Shown: positions 14,397 to 25,276 of the stretch, in pieces
Numbering within the stretch: the first letter of the stretch is position 1
How the letters are laid out: each line of letters opens with the position of its first letter
Origin: Octopus sinensis
Taxonomy: Eukaryota
Assembly: GCF_006345805.1 (NCBI RefSeq)
Contig: NC_042999.1
Span: forward strand, 122,884,001-122,948,000
Reading direction: 5' to 3'
DNA: 64,000 nt
Made by a program: the position numbers and the translations under genes
Notes under the pieces: model-generated
Database searches by the model: none
What the model was told of the DNA's origin: nothing
Seen by the model: the letters and a program-made list of their open reading frames with translations, nothing else

Positions 14397-15559
14397 TATA
14401 TATATTATATATATATATATGTATGTATATATATATTTGATCAATTGCTTACATTTAGCAAGGGCTTCTCTCATTGTTTTGATATGCTATTTTCCATCAT
14501 TAATAAAACTGTCAGCATTTTTGACAACGGTATGCTAGTTTTGTATAATTACCACATACACAACACAATAAAACAATTTATCCTCCAAACTGGGATATCT
14601 CTGCAGAGTTAAAAAAATATCTTATTCTTTTGGCCCAGTTGCAATATCTTCATCTTTTGAAAGAAGTCTCTAACCTACAAAATTTTTGTCACTTAAAATT
14701 TGCTTACATTTAATGTATTCTAAAAACTGACAAATATTTTGGTGATAGTCTCTCTTTAAGACCTACTGTATGCTGGCCTTCAATGAAATACTTGGTTTTA
14801 GATGAAAATGCTCTCTATCTGACATGCCAACTTAAGCCAAAATATAAAAATGGTCAGTGCACTAGCCTCTGATCATGATGACATATCCAGGTATTCTGCA
14901 AATAATTATCAATTGCTTGTGTGTCAAGAGGTATTACTATTGTATAATTCCTCTGATGCTTCTTTCACTATGTGAACAAACACATATGCTAGTGCAAATA
15001 GCATATGAAGACTTAAAACGAGTTCTGCATACTTCCTACTTACACTTTAAATCAGGAATTTGAATAGCATGCAAGATGCAGTGAGAAAAACACACATACG
15101 TGCACACACAAAAAATTGTGGTAGGAAAAATATGATTGCAAGCTTTAATCATTGCATTTTCATAATCTGTTGGTACTGATAAAGATCTTTGAGTAGGATC
15201 AAACTTCTTGCTTGATATTTTCTAGAAATGTTTTATTTGTTTGTACAGATTTGTCAGACAACAAAGCTTAAACTAAATGAATTGAGATATTTTCTTCTAA
15301 CCCAGGCAGTATGTATAAATAATGAAATAAAGCCACTGATTTAAATGTTCTAGCTGCATACCATTGATTGTACTCCATCAAGAGATAAAGATTTTGTTTT
15401 ATTGCAAAAATTAGAATACAACATCTCTTAGCCATTTGACAGTCTTGTAAAATCTTGTTTAAAATTTATACCATTTCAAAGCAGTAAGCATGGGAATATG
15501 GGGCCTTCCTCTTTTTTAAAACTTATTTTTTTTACATTCAGTCCATGCTTGGGAGTCCT

Positions 15560-15880
15560 GAAGACAAGGAGATATGGTACTGCAAAGATCAGAGGAAAGA
15601 ATTTCAACCATGTTTCGTGGTCTGCTACCACAACGGCTCCTTTATAGGATCCAGTTAGCTCAAGACATCATCAGGAGGAACCATGTCCGGTTTCAATCAG
15701 TGAAGCTAATTCAGTGTCAGCTTGTCTCACCTAGTGATGTTATTTTCTGCCGGCATGTTATGACTTTCAAGCCATTTTTGGTCTTCCCACTTCAGCCATA
15801 TATAGAAGCTGGCTTTTTCGACCGCCTCCTGTACTCTCCTTATTAGTTTACTCAGCTCCGAGCTAGAAAAAACAAATCTT
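15560..15880 (-). mobile_element. 3' end of an RLE-type non-LTR retrotransposon (HERO-like)
   Basis: Minus strand reads SELSKLIRRVQEAVEKASFYIWLKWEDQKWLES, resembling the EAAE.AS.W.WLKR.D..W C-terminus of this group. Confidence 0.6.
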
Positions 15881-16589
15881 CTTTTGAATAGTGTTGTCAT
15901 TTTTCTTTCAATAAAGGATTAGAAAATAGCAGATGAATGAGCCTTTCAATAGTATAATAGATGAGTGAAAGGTGTTAGTGAATGAAATCTAGTCTGTAGA
16001 TGTGCATAGAGGGAGTAGGAGAGGTGTGGCACAGTCATTGGCCTGACACAGAGAAGGAAATACATTAATCCCGGCTTTATTTCTTTTCCTCTCTCCATCT
16101 TTTAGCATCTCTCATCTACTACTTCTTGTCTATGTTTGCATTTTCATGTTATCTTACATTCCCTATTTGTCACTGCTAGTTACTCTGACATAGAGGTTTC
16201 TTTTTTGCCTATCATCTGAACCCCAAAGAAGGACTCTGTCCAAAACATCAGAAACTCCACCACCCACAGCAATATTAATTTACTCTTTCTGTTACTTATT
16301 CCAAATATTACAGGTTGTCCTGATGCTTCTTAAATATGTTGCAAGCATCACTGGAATGAACAATATTGTCTTTGGTGTTGATTCCCAGTTGACAATTGAT
16401 TAAGGGATCAGACTCAGGCACCTTAGTTTGTACTCTATTTTCATTTTAACTCTGAATTTCATTTTCTCTGTCCATGCTACTTTACTTTTTTCCAATTATT
16501 ATTTGTAATGCAATGCCATCTTTTCTCACAACCTTGTTTTCTTACTGGCAACAAGGACTCTCTCTCTCTATCCGACAAAATATCTATGT

Positions 16590-16651
16590 ATCTGATCTGT
16601 CTATCTATCTATCTATCTATCTATCTGTCTGTCTGTCTGTCTGTATGTCTG

Positions 16652-16711
<60 letters not shown>

Positions 16712-16716
16712 ATCTA

Positions 16717-16747
<31 letters not shown>

Positions 16748-16750
16748 CTT
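16590..16750 (+). repeat. Compound (TCTA)n/(TCTG)n microsatellite
   Basis: Directly visible tetranucleotide tract. Confidence 0.95.
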
Positions 16751-16816
16751 TGTCCATCACTGTCTTCCTTTCCTGTTACCCTCTCATTGTTTTTTATCAA
16801 CTATAACCCTCCCCTT

Positions 16817-16852
<36 letters not shown>

Positions 16853-17589
16853 CTACCACCAATTATGTTCAGCTTCTGAGTTTCCCTCCCCTTCTTTTTC
16901 TGTCCCCCTCTCTCTGTCTCCATTGTTTCAATATTACTTATTTCCTTTCACTCATCTATAACTATTCCCTGTATCTCTCCTTTTCTGCAAGACACTTCTG
17001 CTTTCCTCTTCCTCCAACACCCTTTCCTCTTTGATAAGCTCTTCTTTTGCTTCACCATGGCAACTACAATGTCTTTTTTGTCTGTCTTGGTTTGTTTTTT
17101 AAGGCTGCAAGGCTATCCACTTTCTTCCATGCATGATTTGCACAAATGTCCCATATTTATCGTCTGGGTCGAAAGACCATTTATATTATCTCCATTTCTT
17201 TTTTTTTTTTTTTTGTATTTTTGTATTTTTTCCATTTTGAATTTATTGTTACATTGTAAGACTATATATTTATATTACTCTGTTTGTTTTATTTTGTGCC
17301 TTTCCCATTCTTTGCACAATTCGTCTAAAAACTATTGTTTCAGTCAAAAGACTTCTTACATTCCCATTGTTTATATTTGCATTGTTTTGAATTTTTGCTG
17401 TTACCAAGCTTGTATGCCTGTCTTTTTTTCTTTCCTTGTCTTTTTTTTCAATTTTCATTCACACACATCTATACCATTGCAGCTTAGATATGTAGTGAGA
17501 GCTGCTAAATGAACAATATTGGCTTAGGCGCCAGAATTGTGACGATTTTCATTTGACAACTGATGAAGTGATCAAATTTGAGCTCATAT

Positions 17590-17985
17590 AGGCGCAGGTA
17601 TGGCTGTGTTGCAAGAAGCTTGCTTCTCAACCACATGGTTCCAGGTTCAGTTCCACCACATGGGACCTTGAGCAAGTGTCTTCTTCTATAGCCTCGGGCT
17701 GACCAAAGCCTTGTGACTGGATTTGGTAGACAGAAACTGAAAGAATCCCATCGCATATATGTATGTATATGAATATGTTTGTGCGTCTCTGTTTGTCCCC
17801 CACCATCACTTTACAACTGATGTTAGTTTGTTTACGTCACCGTAACTTAGTGGTTCAGCAAAAGATACCAATAGAATAAGTACTAGGCTTACAAAGAATA
17901 AGTCTTGGGGTCAATTTTTTCGACTAAAGGTGGTGCTCAAGCATGGCTGCAGTCACATTACTGAAACAAGTAAAGGAATAAAGAA
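17590..17985 (+). mobile_element. tRNA-derived SINE with CORE-like domain (family A), full length
   Basis: tRNA-like head with B-box-like GGTTCAGTTCC, CORE-like GGACCTTGAGCAAGTGTCTTC, and shared tail ..CAGCATGGCTGCAGTCA..CTGAAACAAGTAAA. More than 15 copies in the window. Confidence 0.85.
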
Positions 17986-18369
17986 TCCATTTGTGCTATC
18001 ATTCCACTTTCCTTGTAAATATCTTCTCCCTTTCCTAAGTATGTCTTACATTTAGCTTTGATCTTTGCTTTCCTCATTCTGCAGTCTTTCCATTCTTATC
18101 CCTTATCTTTTGTGTTTCTATATACAAAACTATTCCAGACTCATGTCACTGTTTTGGCAGGGATCTTGCACCAAACACTGATTTGGTTCATTGGTCTCTA
18201 TAGCTTATTCCTTAAAAACTCCTAATTTTCCTCTGTGATACAATGTCATATCTTTTCCTTTATCTTGTTATATGTATTAGTACATCTCTGAACCTACTGC
18301 TAGTTATTTCAGTTTTTCAACTCTCATATTCTCCTTCTTTAGATTGCCACACCATGAAGTCAATAACTA

Positions 18370-19130
18370 TTTATTTATGATTGTGATACATTCTTCACCT
18401 TGGATAGATTTAATATCCACAGTCAGCTGTACAAAGTCTATCTGGTTTCGATATTCATCCAATCAGCAGATGAGGAGATAGCTGGCTAGTGTCTTCAAAC
18501 TGGTGTATAAATGGTAAGGACACTTGTGTCATAGAAAACCAGGAACCCTGATTCCACCTCATTTGGCATATCATAAACCATAGCCTCAGTGTACACCAGT
18601 GAAATTCTTGAAATGTTGGCTAACATGTTCATTAAAATTGCTAGTCATGATGATGAGACCTCTGTTGTTCATCATGAATGTATTCTGTAGAAGGTTCTCA
18701 TAAAAGTGGTCCCTCTCTTTACCTACCACCCCTGACTGTTGTGCATAAGAATTAAATATTGTTGTTGACTAGCCTAAGCTTAATTATTCTATCACACACT
18801 CAGTTTGCCTCAATTTACTTATCTGTTCATTTCTCCACTCATTCCATCTCTGTTACCCATCTACAAAAATCTGTATCTTTTTTCCTTGACCATGGATAGT
18901 CTGGCTGAGGTTCTTTCCATATTCTTACACACAACATGCCTTTGTTCAAGTATCTTAAAACTCTTGTCCCAACAATGCGAATAGCGGCTGCTCTAAATTT
19001 GATGACCTGACAGGAAGAAGGAACAGTATTTTGAAAATGGATCCTCTGGTTGGCGTCTGCCTTCTGCATTTGAAAGGAAGAAAGAAGATTGTGCGATCGC
19101 TTGGCGGTGACCAGGAGGTTCTCACACATG
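18370..19130 (-). mobile_element. RTE LINE 5' remnant (AP-endonuclease domain), heavily decayed
   Basis: Minus strand, with frameshifts, reads IIMTSNFNEHVSQHFKNFTGVH*GYG, matching the APE GDFNGHVG..GVHGG.G.G motif, plus a QID-like segment. Confidence 0.7.
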
Positions 19131-19226
19131 TTTAGATAATTCTATTTTTCTTCAATTTGCCATTGTTTCCCACTCCCAAATGTAAGACTGTGCAACACAG
19201 ATACAAAATGATTGTAGCATCAACCT

Positions 19227-19635
19227 AGGCATAGGAGTGGCTGTGTGGTAAGTAGCTTGCTTATCAACCACATGATTCCGGGTTTAGTCCCACTGCGTGG
19301 CACCTTGGGCAAGTGTCTTCTACTATATCCTCGGACTGACCAAAGCCTTGTGAGTGGATTTGGTAGACGGAAACTGAAAGAAGCCCTTCATATATATGTA
19401 TGTATATATATATGTATGTGTCTGTATATATTTGTGCATCTGTGTCTGTTCCCCCACCATCGCTTGAAACCGATGCTGGTGTGTTTACGTCCCCGTAACT
19501 TAGTGGTTCAGCAAAAGGGGCCGATAGAATAAGTACTAGGCTTACAAAGAATAAGTCCTGGGGTCGATTTGCTCGACTAAAGGTGGTGCTCCAGCATGGC
19601 CACAGTCAAATGACTGAAACAAGTAAAAGAATAAG
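19227..19635 (+). mobile_element. Family A CORE-like SINE, full length
   Basis: Same head, CORE-like domain and tail as 17590. Confidence 0.85.
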
Positions 19636-20161
19636 CACATATGAGCCTGAGGCTTAAAGTTGAAAGAGATACAACAGCAATATATACATAGTGGGTATAC
19701 TAATACAGATATTGAAGTTGGAGATTGAGGTCCTTAGAAGCTATATAATGGTGACTATTACCAAGCGACCACATGATGAAAAGATTCTTAAAACATTGTC
19801 TGGGCAGGTTGGATAGGTGGGCACAAGTTTCTAAACTTTCATTCCTAAGGTGGATTTCTTAAGAGAAGTTACTGTAGAGCAATACTGGATTTCTTAACCA
19901 CAAACACATGCATTCATACAATCATACATATATACATACATGTATGTGCATGTGGTGTGTGTATGTATGAAAGAGAGAGATACACTCACACACACACACA
20001 CAAACATATATAGGTGAAAGCATGACTGTGTGATAAGAAGTTACTTCCATAATACATGGTTTCAGTTTCAGTCCCACTGAGGGTCTTTTATTGTAACCCC
20101 AGACTAGCCAAAGCCTTATTTGGTAGAGAAAAAGTGAAAAAACCCTGCCATATATATACAT

Positions 20162-20194
<33 letters not shown>

Positions 20195-20284
20195 TATATA
20201 TAACATTAAATAAAATAAGGGTAGAAATTGATATCAATAGCATATTTAAAATTCCGAAGATTAAAAATTATTTTACATACAAAA

Positions 20285-20433
20285 TTTAGAGGATTGACCA
20301 CTAAAAATGGACAGCCTATATGCTAGATATAGATGTCAAAATCGCCATTTTCCACATTCTTCATGGAAAATGGCGATTTTGATGTCTATATCTAGCATAT
20401 AGGGTGTCCATTTTTAGTGGTCAATCCTCTAAA
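20285..20433. repeat. Near-perfect hairpin with 70-bp arms and a 9-nt loop
   Basis: Arms 20285-20354 and 20364-20433 with three non-Watson-Crick positions; loop CATTCTTCA. Confidence 0.95.
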
Positions 20434-21848
20434 GTTTGTGTGTATATATATATGTATGTATGTATAACAACAAAAAATATGTATAGAGAAAATTACATCT
20501 TTATTATAGATCTTACCTTATAAAGCTTACAATTGTTTCTATTGCATTAACACACACACATACACACTTATGTGTGTAATGCATATATGTAAATTTCTCC
20601 ATATGTTAGGTTTTATTTTTGTCAAATACTCTGAATTTCTCGAAATTCTGCCAAAAGATATTAACCTGTCTTGCATGAGGATTTAACGGGGATCTGTATT
20701 CTACTTATATTTACTGCTGTTTAGTGGTTGAATATTGTTAACCAAATTCTTTTAATATTGAGTGCTTTATTGATATCTGCCAAGATTTTTTTAACCACTT
20801 TTTCCTTATGTGTGTGTACATTTCTGGGTGTTACTATCTCTTTGCCTTCTCATCACACAATAGTTGTGAATATCACCACTGTGCAAGTGGTGTCCATCAT
20901 TTCCAGTGTTCTGTGAAAACAAGTCTGGCCATGGGGAAATATTACCTGACTTAGAAACAGGTGAGTGTTAAGCATCAGGAGGAACATCCAGCCATAGAAA
21001 GTTCACCTCAACACAGTCTGTCCAACCCATGCCAGCATAGAAAAGTAAATGTTAAAGCAATGATGACGGTATGCATTGATATATATGCATATACACACAC
21101 ATGTACACACCTACATGTGTGTGTGTATGGAAATATTACATAATGTATATATAGTCTCATAACAGCCAATTTGTGTTAGCAAATGGTTTCATGCAGAAAA
21201 ACCTTCCAAAATTGAAGAGGAAAATTAATAATCATTGGACATGGCTGAATGGAAATGTATACCTTGGACTCTTTTCTGCTGGAGACCTAAATTGCTACAT
21301 CTGGTTTAGGGGTATCCTATGGAACCAATCAGAGAAAACAAAAAGAACAAGGTTGGCTCTTAACTCCACCAGAGTTATGTCCCTTGACAACTGTCCATTT
21401 CAGTTTTATGTATGTGAATGTGGAATGGAAAGAGGCTAAACATGTGATGTAGATGGTAACATGAGATAGAAAAAAAAGAGAGAAAGAGGCATGGGAGAGA
21501 GATGGGAAGAGAGTGAGAGGGATGTGTTGATGAGGTATTTTAAAGGGCATGGTTTTGATATTTATGAATTTGTATAAATTACTGTACCTGGGAAAATGAA
21601 CACCTCTTAGTCAAGTTACTTGATGACCTCACAAGAGCTGGTCTTACAAAAGACAAAAATAACCTCCTCAGTGTACTGTGTAAATTGGATAACATTAGGG
21701 AGAACATCCAGTTGTAGAAACTCTACCAAATCAGATATTGGACTTCAACACAGTCCTTTGGCTTGTCAGAATCTGGTGAACTGTTCAACCCATTGAAGCA
21801 TGGAAGACAGATTTTAAACGATGATGATGATGATAATGATTATATATA

Positions 21849-22303
21849 CAGATCATCATCGACTTACAACCACAATTGGTTCTGACTGACTGGTCATAAG
21901 TCAATTTGGTCATAAGTCAGCCTATAGGCCTGCATAGCTTTGTTTTATATTTTAACATTCTTAAGGTACATTCTCAGGTAAAAGTCTTACACAGCCTTCT
22001 GTATTATACTATTATACTGGCATTAGACAAAAATTTCAGAGTCTCAAGCAGTCATCTTATAAACAAATACAAGGTTGCCTCAATATCTCCATGACAGGAT
22101 AGTCATCCGACACAGTGGCAATCGATAACCAAACTTAGTGAAGCGTTTGTTAGCTGACATCATCCATAGACAGGTTAATTTCTAAGGAATTAAACCTATT
22201 AGATTTCAACTGGAATATTTATTATTGCTACTTGGAGTTGGCACACCAATTGTCATGAAGTCAATCGGTCATAACTTGAATAGGTCGTAAGTCAACGACG
22301 ACC

Positions 22304-22305
<2 letters not shown>
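21849..22305. mobile_element. Tigger/pogo-like MITE
   Basis: Degenerate TIRs CAGATCATCATCGACTTACAACC and GGTCGTAAGTCAACGACGACCTG, in TA context. Confidence 0.65.
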
Positions 22306-22339
<34 letters not shown>

Positions 22340-22340
<1 letters not shown>

Positions 22341-22565
22341 CAATTGCAGCGTGGAAGGTGTTTGTAAGCCATTTAAGAAACACACAAAAGCTGTACGATT
22401 CACTTCAACATTTAAGTTTAATTTGTCAAAATATTTTCGTCGATTTAAGACCTGTTCACTGACAAAAATCCATGCTGCATCTTACAAACACCTTCCATGC
22501 TGCAATTGTTTTCATTTCAGCACACGATCTCAGATCAAATCACTTGCTATGCAAGTTCATCTCCG
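22340..22565 (-). mobile_element. Variant-hammerhead repeat family, copy 2, with inverted partial duplication
   Basis: Homologous to 8764-8960; a 29-bp inverted repeat spans 22340-22368 and 22481-22509. Confidence 0.75.
22422..22466 (-). ncRNA. Minimal type-I hammerhead ribozyme with G3:C8 covariant core (GUGAACA)
   Basis: Minus strand: TTTGTCA-GTGAACA-G-GTC-TTAAATC-GAC-GAAA-ATAT-T-T-TGACAAA. 7-bp stem I, stem II GTC/GAC, palindromic stem III AATATT. Confidence 0.7.
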
Positions 22566-22574
22566 TAATATATT

Positions 22575-22622
<48 letters not shown>

Positions 22623-22879
22623 TGTGTGTGTGTGTATGTCTAATTGTTGTAAATATATGTATATAAAGTGGGGGGCTAATATGTTGCTGGCTTTGAGTAA
22701 AAGGAAAATCAGGATGATCAGTTAATTCTGATTTTATTCAACATATTCCCGTTTCACATTCATACACTTATTAGAGTGGTCCTTCAGTTTTTTTTAAGCC
22801 CTGCAAAAGAACTTGGAATGTTGGGCCTCCAACCAAACTGTTTGCTATACTCTTAAAGCCAAGAACTTTTCAGTACCCA

Positions 22880-23114
22880 TGCAGGTGGCATGTAAAAAAC
22901 ACCATTTGAGCATGTCCGTTGCCAATACCACCTGACTGGCCCTCGTGCCAGTGGCACTACATTCTTGGAGTGGTTGGCGTTGGGAAGGGCATCCAGCTGT
23001 AGAAACTCTGCCAGATCAAGATTGGAGCTGGTGCAGCCATCTGGTTCGCCAGTCCTCAGTCAGATCATCCAACCCATGCTAGCATGGAAAGCAGACGTTA
23101 GACGATGATGATGA
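22880..23114 (+). mobile_element. RTE 3' UTR copy with (GAT)n tail
   Basis: Shared tail motif. Confidence 0.8.
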
Positions 23115-23652
23115 TAAACAATGACATATATATGTATAGACATTCACACATATATAAATGTGTAGGTACGTGTGTGTGTGTGATTATACAGGTGCAGGCA
23201 TGGCAGTGTGGTAACAAGTTTCCTTCCCCACAACATAGTTCCATGCTCAGTCGCACAGCATGGTATCTTCGCCAAATGTCTTCTACTATAGCACTGAACC
23301 AACAAAAGCCTTGTGAGTATGTATATTTTTTCAATGTGTACAAATAACAAGGAAAAAACAAATAGTTACCAGGGTAGCAAAAATTCACATAGTTTGTTAG
23401 TGTTCTGCTTACATCATATACTTATGTATGTTGTAATCACATTCAGTTAAAAGGGCTTATTGATGTGTTTTGTTTCTTTTTTTCCCTGATGAGATGATTT
23501 CACTGCTTTACATCCTTTTTATTCCCTCCAGAATAATCTCAATGCTTTTTTCAAAACATATGCTGGAAGTATAAATGATTTGAATAACACCTGTGTTTGA
23601 CTCCATTTCTTAATTTATCCATATATATATACACACACAAACATACATATAT

Positions 23653-23891
<239 letters not shown>

Positions 23892-23894
23892 ACT

Positions 23895-24997
23895 TAGATA
23901 TGTTTCGACCAAAGACTGGTCCAGCCATGTCTAACTTAACAGCACCACCGGATAGGAGTAGCTAAATCCTTTTAAAGTCGGGTAAGGTTGTGGTATCATG
24001 GTCCATTTGAGTAGGGAGTTCTTGTTGAGTTGTTACTTGGTATAGGTGGCTTATCTGGTATTCCTTGAAGAAATTTGTCCAGATTCCAATTTAAAGGTGA
24101 TGGGATCTTTTCCTCTTTGATCTGTTTCAAGACAATGTTAAATAGGGCTGGGCCTGTTGAAGAAAAGAAATTGTGCTGCAGTGTATTTATGTATTGTGAT
24201 CCTGAATTGGGTAGGAGATGTATGGCCCATAGTCCTAGCCTTGGATGAATTTTGAAGCTAATGTTGAGGTTGTTAGGGCAATGCTGGTGGTATATTCTCC
24301 ACATCATGCAAATGATGTATCACTTACAGCATTGCTGGAGAGAATAGAGTTTCAATACTTTAAGGCAGTCTCAATAATCGAGATAAGTCATGCCCTTAAT
24401 TCATTTAGTGAATGCCCTTTGGGATGATTCACTTTTTAAAATGTTTTGTTTTGTATGGAGATACCACAGAGGGCAGCAGTATTCGAGTTGTGGCCATACA
24501 AAGGAGGAGAAAAGTGGAATGATGACAACTTGCTCTTTGGACTGGAAGGTACTTAGGATCCAGGAGCTCATCCTACGAGCTATATTGACCTTATTGATGT
24601 GGGCATTCCAGCTGAGATTGTTGTCAACAGTTACTCCTAGGTCTCTGATATTATTAGATGCTATGAGTGGTTCCTTTGAAGAAAGAGAGTATGGCTGTTT
24701 TAGCATAGTCGTTCTTCCAAAATGCATCAGCATAAAATTGTCCCTCATTTAGTTGCATTTTGTTTTTGTCTGCCCATTGACACCTAGCATGTAGATCAGA
24801 CTGCAGTTCACTTCAGTCTTCTCCACTGATAATTTTCTGGAGCTTGGAGTCATCAGCAAATATTTTCACTTTGCTGTGCTTTATGATGCTGGAAATGTTG
24901 TTTATATATACTATAAAGAGAAGTGGGCCCAAGACAGTCCCTTGAGGTACACCACTGGTGACTTTTGCTGGGCTTGAGTGCATTCCACCAATCACAA
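23895..24997 (-). mobile_element. L2/CR1-group LINE remnant (reverse transcriptase C-terminal half and 3' end)
   Basis: SGVPQGTVLGPLLF and IFADDSK RT motifs, then IRDLGVTVDNNLSWNAHI and PQLEYCCPLW; frameshifted. Confidence 0.88.
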
Positions 24998-25064
24998 CAT
25001 ATATATATAATATATACATAGTAATATATATATGTAATATATATAAATACATATAATATATATA

Positions 25065-25151
<87 letters not shown>

Positions 25152-25167
25152 TATATATATATACACA

Positions 25168-25206
<39 letters not shown>

Positions 25207-25210
25207 TATA

Positions 25211-25249
<39 letters not shown>

Positions 25250-25276
25250 TATATATATATATATTTATTTATTTGT

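Noticed and set aside
15610-15685. CTGATGA..GAAAC on the minus strand in the HERO-like 3' UTR
   Set aside because: No consistent stem I, II and III in any circular permutation.
16215-16256. CCAAAGA-AGGAC-TCT-GTCC-AAAA-CATC as a decayed hammerhead
   Set aside because: Too many core changes and no stem I.
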